NCBI GenBank assembly: GCA_048519165.1
Contig: DBFZVF010000010.1
Coordinates: 177-64,176, forward strand
Direction: 5' to 3'
DNA from: Collinsella sp.
Lineage (GTDB): Bacteria; Actinomycetota; Coriobacteriia; Coriobacteriales; Coriobacteriaceae
DNA length: 64,000 bases
The position numbers and the translations under genes were made by a program. Positions within the stretch are counted from its first letter, which is position 1. The number at the start of each line of letters is the position of its first letter. Under the pieces are notes generated by a model. That model saw only the letters and a list, made by a program, of their open reading frames with translations. It made no database searches and was not told where the DNA came from. This document shows positions 1-9,593 of the stretch, piece after piece.

Positions 1-862
1 ACTCAAAGAGCGGCAGGCCCTCCAGACGAGCCGCGGCAAGCGCACCGATAAACGTATCGCCCGCGGCCGTCGTATCGACCACCGCGCTCGACAGCGCCGG
101 CATGCGCAGCGGCTCGCCGTCATCGCCAAGCGTAACCGACCCGGCGCCGCCCAACGTGATGACCGCAGCTCCGGCACCCTTGGCGAGCAGGGCATTGAGC
201 GCCGCGACGCAGCTCGCATCATCCGCGGGCAAGATGCCCGTCAGCACCTGGCACTCAGTCTCGTTGGGGCAGACCAGGTCGACTGCAGACCAGACCTCCG
301 CAGGCAACTCACAGGCAGGCGCCGGATTAAAGACCGTATAGAACCCCAGCTCGTGAGCGCAAACAAGCGCCTCGGCAGTCGCCGCAAGGTCACATTCGCC
401 CTGGGCGATAAAGACGCTTCCGGCAGCCGGGGCAATCTCGCTGGCGTCGCCGTCGAGCTCATCGGCCACCAGGCGTCTCAGCGCGCGGGCAACGTCCTCG
501 CCCGCAAGCGCATGATTGGCGCCCGGCGACAGCACGATGCGGTTGTCGCCCTCACAGCGAATGATGGTCGCCGTTCCCGTCTCCACATCATCGCGACGCG
601 CCACAAAGTCACAGTCCACGCCAGCATCTTGGAGCCCCGCCACGAGCGACGTGCCAAACGCATCGCGCCCGACCGCGCCGATCATGCACGTGCGCGCGCC
701 CATGTGCGCAGCTGCCACGGCCTGGTTGGCGCCCTTGCCGCCGGCGTTGGTGATAAATCCGCTGCCGCCGACGGTCTCGCCCGCACGCGGCATGCGCTCG
801 CACGCCACCGAAAGGTCCATGTTCATGCTGCCGAACACCGCAACGATGCCGCAATCTGCCAT
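1..862 (-). CDS. rbsK: Ribokinase (PfkB family); 3' end runs off the window
   Basis: Manual translation from ATG at 862 (SD GAGGAGG): [17 protein letters not shown]...[15 protein letters not shown]...; [11 protein letters not shown] near the window start matches the PfkB signature. Confidence 0.92.
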   Translation of the reverse strand, partial: MADCGIVAVFGSMNMDLSVACERMPRAGETVGGSGFITNAGGKGANQAVAAAHMGARTCMIGAVGRDAFGTSLVAGLQDAGVDCDFVARRDDVETGTATIIRCEGDNRIVLSPGANHALAGEDVARALRRLVADELDGDASEIAPAAGSVFIAQGECDLAATAEALVCAHELGFYTVFNPAPACELPAEVWSAVDLVCPNETECQVLTGILPADDASCVAALNALLAKGAGAAVITLGGAGSVTLGDDGEPLRMPALSSAVVDTTAAGDTFIGALAAARLEGLPLFE

Positions 863-1048
863 GGAAACCTCCTCGTCCGCGGGCTCTGCGCCCGCTGTTG
901 GCCGTCAATCGTGCGCTCTCGCGCCTCTATAACTTTAGTTCACTTTGATGTGGACGCGCGCTTGAGCTTGCGCCGGCAGCAAGCATTCACAGGAGCAGGC
1001 GGCTACAATGAAGGCGTGCTGATTATTCTCGTCATTGGATGAAGTTTT

Positions 1049-3265
1049 ATGGAACAATTCCCGCGATCGAGCTCGCGCAGCTCACGCCACGCGAGCGATC
1101 AACGAGCGCCACACGAACGTTCGCGCGCTAACCGACAAGCCACCGAGCCGCGCCGCGCCGCAGACTCTCATCGCGAGCCCGCCAACAAGGGTGACCGCAC
1201 CAACAGCGCCGCAAAAGAACAGGCGCCCACGCGCCCCAAATCTCGCTATATCCCCGCCCTCGACGGCCTGCGCACGCTTGCCGTCGTCGCGGTGGTGCTC
1301 TATCACCTCAACCTCACGTGGGCTCAGGGCGGCCTGCTCGGCGTCACGATCTTCTTTGTGCTTTCGGGCTATCTGATCACGCGCTTGCTGCTCAACGAAG
1401 TCGCTAAGACCGGCCGCATCGACCTTAAGAGCTTCTGGATTCGCCGCATCCGTCGCCTGGTCCCCGCCGTGGTAACGGTAGTGTTCGTGACCTGCGCGCT
1501 GTGCACCATCTTTAACCACGTGATGCTCACCAAGATGCGCCCCGACATCCTGCCGTCGCTGTTGTTCTTCAACAACTGGTGGCAGATTGCCCAAAACGTC
1601 TCGTACTTCAATGCTCTGGGCGACCCATCGCCGCTCACGCACTTTTGGTCGCTTGCCATCGAGGAACAGTTCTACCTGATTTGGCCGCCACTGCTGTTTG
1701 CCATGGTATCCATGCATGTGAGCAAGCCCAACACGCGCCGCGTGGTTCTGGGCCTTGCCGCGGCATCCGCCCTCGCCATGATGGTGCTTTACAACCCTGC
1801 CGCCGACCCCAGCCGCGTGTACTACGGCACCGACACCCGCGTGTTCTCGCTGCTGCTGGGTGCCTGGATGGCCTTTATCCCCGATCGCGACCTGGCGCCG
1901 GTGCGTCTCGCTCATCGTTTGGGACTCAATCGCCTGGCTGGCGCCGCCAAGCATGGCAAGAACGCCGAGGACAAGCCTGGCAAGAAGGTCGACGAATCAG
2001 CCGATACCACCCCGGCACAGCCGAGCGCCCTCGTGCGCTTTTGGTCCTCGCCCGCATCCATCGATGTGTTGGGCGTCGTGGGTCTGGTTGGCCTTGCCGC
2101 CATGGTCGCGCTCACCAACGGCTACACCGCGTTTCAGTATCGCGGCGGCACGCTGTTATGCTCCATCCTCACGCTCATGGTCATCGCGGCCTGCGTGCAG
2201 CCCCAGGGAATGGTTGCCCGCGCGCTGTCCGCCGAGCCGCTCGTGTGGGTTGGCAAGCGCTCGTACAGCATCTATCTGTGGCACTATCCGCTGCTGCTGC
2301 TCATGAACCCGGTCGCCAACATCAGCGATACGCCCTGGTGGCAGTACATCTTGCAGGTACTTGTGGTGGTCGCCGTAGCCGAGTGCTCCTATCGCTTTAT
2401 CGAAACACCGTTTAGGAAGGGCGCCTTCGGCCACACTGTCGCCGAATTCCGCGATGGCACCACCACGCCCGCAAGCTGGGTGCGCGCGCATATTCCCGTG
2501 TGCGCCGTTTGCGGCGTCGTGTTTGTCGTGGCGCTGGGTGGCCTGGTCTTTGTGCCCGACACATCCGCGCTGAGCGGCGAGGGCGCCGAAATCCTAAACA
2601 AGGAAGCCAAAAATGCAAAACCCCAGGACCAGCAGGCGGCCGATGACACCGACAAGGACAACGACGGCTTCCCCGACGGATCATACGACCTGCTGATGAT
2701 CGGCGACTCCGTGTCGCTGCGCGCCGTCGATTCCTTTGACGGCGTGTTCCCCCACAGTCACATCGATGCCGAAAAGGGCCGCCAGTTTGATGCGGGCCGC
2801 GCGACATTTGAGGGCTATATCCAGCAGAACCTTGCCGGCAAGATCGTGGTCTTTGCCCTGGGTACCAACGGTTTGGTAACGGACGCCCAGGTCGACGCAA
2901 TCATGGCCGACGCCGGCGAGCAGCGTATTGTCGTGTTTGTAAACACGCGTAGCCCGCAGCCGTGGGTCGGGTCCACGAACCAGGCCATCGCCAACGCCGC
3001 CACGCGCTACAAGAATGTACGCGTTATCGACTGGTACGGATATAGTGCCAACCGCAATGATCTGTTCGATGGCGATGGCACGCACCTCTCGAACGCGGGT
3101 GTGACCGAGTACCTTAAGCTCATCCACGATGCCGTCAAGAAGGACCTGCCCGTGCATCCCGAGGATCACGTTAACGATCCGCAGCCGGCGGCTGTCAAAT
3201 CCGCCACCGATGCGCTCGTCAACGCCCTCGCCTACAAGCCACACAAGCTGGGCACCGACAAGTAA
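1049..3265 (+). CDS. OatA-like O-acyltransferase (acyltransferase_3 + C-terminal SGNH domain)
   Basis: YIPALDGLR, GVTIFFVLSGYLIT, HFWSLAIEEQFY, SYSIYLWH; C-terminal GDS...GTN...DGTH. Confidence 0.92.
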   Translation: MEQFPRSSSRSSRHASDQRAPHERSRANRQATEPRRAADSHREPANKGDRTNSAAKEQAPTRPKSRYIPALDGLRTLAVVAVVLYHLNLTWAQGGLLGVTIFFVLSGYLITRLLLNEVAKTGRIDLKSFWIRRIRRLVPAVVTVVFVTCALCTIFNHVMLTKMRPDILPSLLFFNNWWQIAQNVSYFNALGDPSPLTHFWSLAIEEQFYLIWPPLLFAMVSMHVSKPNTRRVVLGLAAASALAMMVLYNPAADPSRVYYGTDTRVFSLLLGAWMAFIPDRDLAPVRLAHRLGLNRLAGAAKHGKNAEDKPGKKVDESADTTPAQPSALVRFWSSPASIDVLGVVGLVGLAAMVALTNGYTAFQYRGGTLLCSILTLMVIAACVQPQGMVARALSAEPLVWVGKRSYSIYLWHYPLLLLMNPVANISDTPWWQYILQVLVVVAVAECSYRFIETPFRKGAFGHTVAEFRDGTTTPASWVRAHIPVCAVCGVVFVVALGGLVFVPDTSALSGEGAEILNKEAKNAKPQDQQAADDTDKDNDGFPDGSYDLLMIGDSVSLRAVDSFDGVFPHSHIDAEKGRQFDAGRATFEGYIQQNLAGKIVVFALGTNGLVTDAQVDAIMADAGEQRIVVFVNTRSPQPWVGSTNQAIANAATRYKNVRVIDWYGYSANRNDLFDGDGTHLSNAGVTEYLKLIHDAVKKDLPVHPEDHVNDPQPAAVKSATDALVNALAYKPHKLGTDK

Positions 3266-3344
3266 CGCGCAGCCAAATCTGCTTCTACCCGCAGCAAACA
3301 ACCCAAAATCGCTCTTTTCGAGCCGACTCCGAGAGGCCGTGGGC

Positions 3345-3379
3345 AAAAAACAGGCCGCAGCCCATCGCTGCGACCTGTT
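3345..3379. terminator. Hairpin between convergent genes, probable intrinsic terminator
   Basis: AACAGGCCGCAGC/GCTGCGACCTGTT stem with an A6 run on the left. Confidence 0.6.
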
Positions 3380-3397
3380 CGGAAGCAAAAGTGGGCG

Positions 3398-4660
3398 TTA
3401 AGCGCTGTAGCCCATCGCCTGCAGAACAAACATGACGACCGTCAACACCGTAATCACACCGATAGTCGCCCAGGTGAGCACATTCCACACGCGGCCGTTG
3501 CGGTTGGCGCCCATAATGTGTCGATCGGCGGCAATAACCACCTGGAACACCAAAACCACGGGCAACAGCACGCCGTTGATGACCTGCGAGGTCATCATAA
3601 TCTGGAACAGGTCAACACCGGGCATGAGCACCAGCACGGCAGAGATGCCGATGATGGCCGTAATGATGCCGCGATAGACCGGGGCCTCGTCCCAGCTGCG
3701 ATCGGCACCGCGCTCCCAGCCAAATGCCTCGCAGATGGCGCTGGACGTAACGCCTGGCAGCACACAGGCGGCCAAGAAGCTCGCCGCGACCAGCCCCGAG
3801 GCAAACAGCACCGTGGACCACTGGCCCGCGATGGGCTCCAACGCGCGGGCGGCGTCGGCAGCATCGCTGATCTGAATACCCGCGGGGAACAGTACCGTAC
3901 CGGTCGTGATGATAATAAAGCCAGCAATGACATCGGCGGCGATCGAGCCGCTCACGGTGTCGATACGCTGCAACACGATATCGTCCTCGCCCGCATTCTT
4001 ATCGACCACGTTGTTCTGCGCCAAGAAAATCATCCACGGCGCGATGGTGGTACCGATCGTTGCGACCACAAGCGACACGTAGCTGGGGTCATTTTGGATG
4101 TTGGGCACAACCAGGTCGACCGCCACCTCGCCCCAGCTGGGACCAGCCATAAATGCAGCGACAATGTAGGTCACAAACACGCAGCTCACCAGCAGCAGAA
4201 TCTTCTCGATGCGCTGGAAGCTGCCCGACATGGTAAGCATCCAAACCAGCAGCGCCACCAGCGGCACCGAGATGCTCGCCGGCACACCAAAGAGGGCAAG
4301 GCCGCTCGCGATACCCGCAAACTCCGAAATGGTCACGGCCGTATTGGCGATCAGCAGCGCCGCCATGGCCAGCACGCTCCTGCGCACGCCAAAGCGCTCG
4401 CGAATGAGCGAGGCCAAGCCCTTGCCTGTGACGCAGCCACAACGCGCCGCAGTCTCCTGTGTCACGATAAGCAGCACGGTCATGACAGGAAGCATCCACA
4501 GCATCTTGTAGCCATAGCTGGCACCGGCGCTGGAATACGTGGCGATGCCACCGGCGTCATTGCCCGAAAGCGCCGCCAGAAGGCCAGGGCCCATGGCGCC
4601 AAAGATGGCCGCGATGGTCAGTTTTTGCTTGGTGCTCGCCTTTTGCTTCGTGTTTTGCAC
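3398..4660 (-). CDS. Nramp-family transporter, NrmT/NRMT-like (probable Mg2+/divalent cation)
   Basis: GPGLLAALSGNDAGGIATYS (DAGG instead of the MntH DPGN), GTTIAPW, ~11 TM; likely GTG start at 4660; directly downstream of an MgtE/CBS gene. Confidence 0.85.
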   Translation of the reverse strand: MQNTKQKASTKQKLTIAAIFGAMGPGLLAALSGNDAGGIATYSSAGASYGYKMLWMLPVMTVLLIVTQETAARCGCVTGKGLASLIRERFGVRRSVLAMAALLIANTAVTISEFAGIASGLALFGVPASISVPLVALLVWMLTMSGSFQRIEKILLLVSCVFVTYIVAAFMAGPSWGEVAVDLVVPNIQNDPSYVSLVVATIGTTIAPWMIFLAQNNVVDKNAGEDDIVLQRIDTVSGSIAADVIAGFIIITTGTVLFPAGIQISDAADAARALEPIAGQWSTVLFASGLVAASFLAACVLPGVTSSAICEAFGWERGADRSWDEAPVYRGIITAIIGISAVLVLMPGVDLFQIMMTSQVINGVLLPVVLVFQVVIAADRHIMGANRNGRVWNVLTWATIGVITVLTVVMFVLQAMGYSA

Positions 4661-4668
4661 GCGACCAC

Positions 4669-6513
4669 CTAACCCATGACTGACATGGCAAGCAGCACCG
4701 CAGCGATGCAGTACGCCACGCACGAAATCATGACGGCAATGACGTTCATGGCGGTGCCCGACGTATTGAGGTCGTGCTCATCACGCCAGAACAGCACCAT
4801 CAGGTAAATCACGGCGCTCATGTTGCCAATCAGACAAACGATGGCCGCGATGTTAAAGCAGCCGGTAAAGAGTTGCTCCTCAAACATAGGCGCGTCGAGG
4901 AACGCGGCGGTGCGCACCAGTTGGGCGCACAGGTAGGTCACGAGCGACAGAATCAGGCCCATGCCCGTGCTCTGGAAGAAAAATCCCAGATACGGCTTGG
5001 GCTCATCGTCATGGCCGTCGTACTCCAGGAAGTAATTCTTGACGAACGACACCATGCGCGAGGCAGCCAACAACACGAGCGGCATGGCGCACATGGGGAA
5101 CACCACCAGATGCGCGGAGCCCAGCGCCGTCCCCAGCACTGTTGCCATGATGCACGAGGCAATGCCCCACACGACAACCCAGTACTGGCGATGCACAAAC
5201 CAGCTGAGCACATTCGTCGAGTCGTCGGACGCGCTATCGCCCGAGCCGACGCCTGCGATCTGCAGGTCCTCCTGGTGCTCCTCGGCGATAACGTCCATGG
5301 CGTCGTCAAAGGTCACGATACCCAAAATGTGACGGTTCTCGTCGCAAACGGGGATGGCGACCAAGTCGTACTTGGTCATCTCGTCCGTTACGTCTTCCTG
5401 GTCATCGTCGGGCGACACATACACCAGGTCGCGATAGGCCAGCTGGCCCAACGTGGCATCGCGGTCGGCCACGATGAGCGTGCGCAGCGAAAGGACGCCG
5501 GTGAGCATGCCGCTCGGGTCCTCGGTATAGACATAGTAGACGCTCTCGAAGTCCTCATCGAGCTTGCGGATCGCCTCGATGGCGTCACCGACCGTCGCCG
5601 TGGCGGGCAGGGAGACAAACTCCGAGGTCATGATACGGCCGGCGGTGTTGTCCTCATAGCCCAGCAGGTTACGAATCGCCTTCTCCTCCTGAACGCCCAT
5701 CAGGCGCAGAAGCTTCTCGGCCTTCTCGTAATCGAGCTCGTCGATCAGGTCGGCGGCGTCGTCCGGGTCCATCATGGCCAGCATCGACGATGCGTCCGTG
5801 TCGGACAGACCCTCGAGCATCTCGGTCATAAGCTCGTCGTCATCGAACTCCGAGATGGCCTCGGCGGCCTGGGCGGTATCGAGTTGCGCGAACACCTGCG
5901 CACGCAGGCGCGGGTCGAGTTGCTCGATAATGTCAGCAATGTCGGCAGGGTGCAGCTCGCCGAGCGTCTTGTGCGACACCGAAAGCTGGATGTTTTTAGT
6001 CGAACGGTCGAGCAGGTCCATGTAGGACCAGGCGATGATGTCCTCGCCGAGCGGTTTGCCCAGGTGCTTCATAAAGCTCTCGACGACATGCTCGAGTGCG
6101 GGGCTGATCGCGCGCAGCAGGCCGCGGGCGCCGACTTCGGCACCCAGCAGACGCAGCTGATTTTCGCCCGACATGGAAAACTTGATGTCGTTTACGCGCA
6201 CGACCTTCATGCCCTGCGTGTCGACAATCTGCTTGTTGAGCACATCGCGGGCGAGCAAGAGTTCGGTCGGCTGCAGGTACGAAAAACGGATTTCGGTGGC
6301 CGGCGACTTAAGGTGCACACCCGTCTCGTCGATACGGTCGACCCATTTGCGCCAGCTGATCATAAAAGGCGTCTTGCCGGGTCCGCGGAACGCGAGCGAC
6401 GTCACGTGCGGAAAAACTTCGCCGGTAGCAATGCCAAAATCGTTCACAACGCCGAGCTTTTCGCCATCGACGTCCAAGACCGGCAGTTTGAGCATCTCAC
6501 TCAGATAATTCAC
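4669..6513 (-). CDS. MgtE-family protein (PRC-barrel-like N-terminus, MgtE_N, CBS pair, short divergent TM region)
   Basis: LHPADIADIIEQL, YEDNTAGRIMT, CBS ILGIVTFDDAMDVIAEE; C-terminal hydrophobic segments. Confidence 0.88.
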   Translation of the reverse strand: MNYLSEMLKLPVLDVDGEKLGVVNDFGIATGEVFPHVTSLAFRGPGKTPFMISWRKWVDRIDETGVHLKSPATEIRFSYLQPTELLLARDVLNKQIVDTQGMKVVRVNDIKFSMSGENQLRLLGAEVGARGLLRAISPALEHVVESFMKHLGKPLGEDIIAWSYMDLLDRSTKNIQLSVSHKTLGELHPADIADIIEQLDPRLRAQVFAQLDTAQAAEAISEFDDDELMTEMLEGLSDTDASSMLAMMDPDDAADLIDELDYEKAEKLLRLMGVQEEKAIRNLLGYEDNTAGRIMTSEFVSLPATATVGDAIEAIRKLDEDFESVYYVYTEDPSGMLTGVLSLRTLIVADRDATLGQLAYRDLVYVSPDDDQEDVTDEMTKYDLVAIPVCDENRHILGIVTFDDAMDVIAEEHQEDLQIAGVGSGDSASDDSTNVLSWFVHRQYWVVVWGIASCIMATVLGTALGSAHLVVFPMCAMPLVLLAASRMVSFVKNYFLEYDGHDDEPKPYLGFFFQSTGMGLILSLVTYLCAQLVRTAAFLDAPMFEEQLFTGCFNIAAIVCLIGNMSAVIYLMVLFWRDEHDLNTSGTAMNVIAVMISCVAYCIAAVLLAMSVMG

Positions 6514-6807
6514 TGGTGCTCCCCATCATTATCCCTTCGGACTGCGGCCATGCCGGCACGCCGTCCGTGGACTATTAGATATGTATACGCATGCGCGGGC
6601 GGCACGCCGCTCGGCGCTCACACCCCGTACATGCGCAAGAAGCACCTGCATGGGGTCATCGACTGTATGGTCGAGGTTTGGATTTCACCTGCAACCTTTC
6701 TCTTGACCCTTGTTATCCGCAGTAACTATAGCATCAGCATCGCGCCGTGGCGCCAAATTTATGCTCCAAACATCGCAGGCATACCAAATGCTGACGCATC
6801 CGTGACA

Positions 6808-6836
6808 TAGTCATTGGGGACGTTCTTACATGACTA
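6808..6836 (+). repeat. REP-like GGGGAC element
   Basis: TAGTCATTGGGGACGTTCTTACATGACTA with TAGTCA/TGACTA terminal IR; near-identical copy at 18797. Confidence 0.8.
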
Positions 6837-8240
6837 GTCTGTGGTGTCGTCATCTTCGGCGAGCTGGGGGAACACGGCGTTTTTGGGCATGGTGACCTTC
6901 GTCAGCGAGGTGAGCTTTTTGCTCAGCGATGTATCCGTCTTGACCAGATCGCTCAATGTCACGATTTTGTAGCCGTCGGCAATAAGCCCATCGATAATCT
7001 GCGGCAGCGCCTCGAGCGCCTGCTCGGCACATTCATCGTTGTCGGTCAGCAGCACAATGTTGCCCGGCGTCACCGAATCGAGCACCGTCGAGACCTGCTC
7101 GTCGGCACCGTTGAGCAGCCAGTCGCCCGAATCGATATTCCACGAGACCACGGCAGACACCAGGTCCATCGCATCAATCCAGTTTTGCTCGTCAAAGGCT
7201 GCGTAAGGAGCACGCAAAAGCATCGTCTTCACGCCGGTCGCGGACTTGATCGCCTCGGTGCCCTTCGAAACCTGCTCGCGCACCGCATCGCGGTCCTGGC
7301 CCTTGAGCGATTCGTCGCTGTAACTGTTGGAGCCGACCTCGCAGCCGGCATCGACAATCGCCTTGGCCGTGGCGGGCGAGGCCTCGGCCGCATCACCCGA
7401 CAGGAAGAACGTCGCGGTGACGCCCTTTTCCTTGAGCACCTGCAAGATCTGCTTGGTCGCGCCGCTCGGGCCCTCATCAAACGTCAGAGCCACGTACTTT
7501 TCGTTGCCCTTGGGCGCCACGCTCGCGCACTCGACCACGCAATCGGTGGCGGGCACGACCTCGCCGCGGTCCTGCGTCTTGCCCGACCGCTCGCCGACCC
7601 ACACCTCAGAGCGACCCTGGATACCCCACGTCTTGACGTACTCGATGGCGCCCGTGCCCTCGACTTTGAGCTTGGGCTCGATAACCGTCGCCTGGACCTC
7701 GTGCTTCTCGTACGTGTCGCGGCCGTCTTTGACCGTCACCTTCTCGCCGCCCGTAAGCTCGCGGCTTTTCCACTTGCCCTGTTTTATGCGCTTGCCGTCC
7801 ACCTTAACCGACAGTTTTTCGCCGCCATGGCGAGTAAGCACGCTGTCGTCAACGGCCAGCAGGTCCCCGGCGTCGTAGGTATCGGTCAACTCCTGGTCGT
7901 CGATGAGATTTTGCAGCGTAGATCCGACGCGCACTGCAGTCTCCTGGCCGTTGAGGACGACATCCACGCTGCGGTTGACGTAGCCCACGACGGCAGCGAT
8001 AAACAGCACGAGCGCGCAGCCCACGGCGATGAGCGCATAGGGCAGGCGAGACGGACGACGGGGCGTGCGGCCGCTGCCGATGCGAGCGCTTCGGTCGCTA
8101 AAGCCGCGGCTATGGTTGAGATACATCGCACCGGGCTTACGGTGACGCTTGCGCTGACCGCTGGGCAGCTGCCCCAGATCGCGGCGCGCCGTCGGACGCG
8201 CGCCCGAGCGTCCGTTTAAGTTAGATCCGTTTTGGCGCAT
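6834..8240 (-). CDS. Membrane-anchored polysaccharide deacetylase (CE4/NodB) with N-terminal extracellular domains
   Basis: N-terminal TM; YVALTFDEGP, ATFF, LRAPY, WNIDSGDW; canonical metal-binding His residues are replaced (GSNSYSD, LLTD). Confidence 0.85.
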   Translation of the reverse strand: MRQNGSNLNGRSGARPTARRDLGQLPSGQRKRHRKPGAMYLNHSRGFSDRSARIGSGRTPRRPSRLPYALIAVGCALVLFIAAVVGYVNRSVDVVLNGQETAVRVGSTLQNLIDDQELTDTYDAGDLLAVDDSVLTRHGGEKLSVKVDGKRIKQGKWKSRELTGGEKVTVKDGRDTYEKHEVQATVIEPKLKVEGTGAIEYVKTWGIQGRSEVWVGERSGKTQDRGEVVPATDCVVECASVAPKGNEKYVALTFDEGPSGATKQILQVLKEKGVTATFFLSGDAAEASPATAKAIVDAGCEVGSNSYSDESLKGQDRDAVREQVSKGTEAIKSATGVKTMLLRAPYAAFDEQNWIDAMDLVSAVVSWNIDSGDWLLNGADEQVSTVLDSVTPGNIVLLTDNDECAEQALEALPQIIDGLIADGYKIVTLSDLVKTDTSLSKKLTSLTKVTMPKNAVFPQLAEDDDTTD

Positions 8241-8312
8241 GTGCCCTCCCCCATAAACACAGCGAGCCGGAGCAACATGTCTCCGGCTCGCCTCCCATCA
8301 TTTGGTACGTCG

Positions 8313-9068
8313 CTATTTGCTAGCTTTTGACGAGCACCCGCTCGCCTTTTGATATTCGTCCTTAAAGGCCTTGAACATACCGCGCGTCTTGCCGAGCTGC
8401 TTGCCCAGCGCGCGACTGCCCTTGTCCACGGCGACCGAACCCTTGTCATCGAGCACCTTAGCGCCCTTCTTGACCTTATCGCCCACCACGACGCTTGCCT
8501 CGGCAGCCTTTGCAGCGGCACCGCCCGAATACCCGAGCGACTTGACTTCGTCCGAAACGATCATCGCGCCGTCCGCATAGCCGCGCAGCATCGTAGGCGG
8601 CATCTGCGTGTCGCCCACCAGCACACTCGAGGCAGTGCCAGTGGTCACATAGAACGTCTGCACGATGCCCGAACGCGGCTTGAACTCCACATCCGAGCAA
8701 TAGCCGACGGCATCGCCCGACTCCGTGCGCACGTCCATGCCAACCCAGATAATGCAATCATCCAGGTTGATGTCGAGACGCTTGGCCGCAGCGGCATCGT
8801 AGGTGCCCTTGACGTCGTCAACCGCGATGGCGCCCTCGTAGACGCCAATGGCATCGAGCGCCACGAATCGGTCGGGGCGCTCAATCATGCCCGCGATATC
8901 GGACTGGCGAACCATAAAGCCCACCACGCGCGTGCCGCCCGGGGTAAAGACCGGAAAGTGAATCTTGCCGAGCTTTTTAGGGCTGCGCGGCGTGCCATCT
9001 TTTTTAGTGCGCTTATCCTCGGCAGGCTTGCGATAGATCTTGGCGCCGACAAAATCCCCGGCGCGCAT
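8313..9068 (-). CDS. PRC-barrel domain protein
   Basis: WVGMDVRTESGDAVGYCSDVEFKPRSGIV PRC-like motif; coupled to the upstream gene. Confidence 0.7.
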   Translation of the reverse strand: MRAGDFVGAKIYRKPAEDKRTKKDGTPRSPKKLGKIHFPVFTPGGTRVVGFMVRQSDIAGMIERPDRFVALDAIGVYEGAIAVDDVKGTYDAAAAKRLDINLDDCIIWVGMDVRTESGDAVGYCSDVEFKPRSGIVQTFYVTTGTASSVLVGDTQMPPTMLRGYADGAMIVSDEVKSLGYSGGAAAKAAEASVVVGDKVKKGAKVLDDKGSVAVDKGSRALGKQLGKTRGMFKAFKDEYQKASGCSSKASK

Positions 9069-9463
9069 TATGCCTCGGTCGAAGGCTCCGCGGCCTCGGC
9101 GTCGGCCTCGACGGCGTTTTCGACCACGACATCGGCGGCGGGCGTCACATTGCCGCCCGAGATGGCGTCGTTGAGCTGCTCGCGCAGCTGGTCCATGCGC
9201 TCGCGGGCAAGGTCAACCTTGGCACGCAGGTCATCGGTCTTGGCGTCGACCATCGGGCCAAAATCGTTGACCGCGGCGCGGGCCTCCTCGGCACCGTGCT
9301 CGTAGGTGTCGCGCATGTTATCCCAGGCGTCGTTGGCGATATCGGCAGCCATGGCGCGGGTCTCGGCGCCCGAGCGCGGAGCCAGGGCGACACCGATGAT
9401 GGCGCCGGCGGCAGCGCCGAAGAGCGCACCCGAGATAAAGTTGAAAGTCTTACCCATGTTCAT
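9068..9463 (-). CDS. YtxH-domain protein
   Basis: FISGALFGAAAGAIIGVALAPRSGAETR signature followed by a helical region. Confidence 0.85.
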   Translation of the reverse strand: MNMGKTFNFISGALFGAAAGAIIGVALAPRSGAETRAMAADIANDAWDNMRDTYEHGAEEARAAVNDFGPMVDAKTDDLRAKVDLARERMDQLREQLNDAISGGNVTPAADVVVENAVEADAEAAEPSTEA

Positions 9464-9593
9464 TCCTCTCCTGCGGGCACCTCGGCGCCCACCGTTTGAA
9501 TTCTGTCCATTATACCCGCAGCACAGCGCTTGCCGTCTTGCTCATCTGCGTACGGTAAAGGCGCAGGTACATGATGGTGATAAGCGGGTGAGC

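Noticed and set aside
6514..6730. M-box (ykoK) or yybP-ykoY riboswitch
   Set aside because: Could not match the conserved cores by eye; an Rfam scan is needed.
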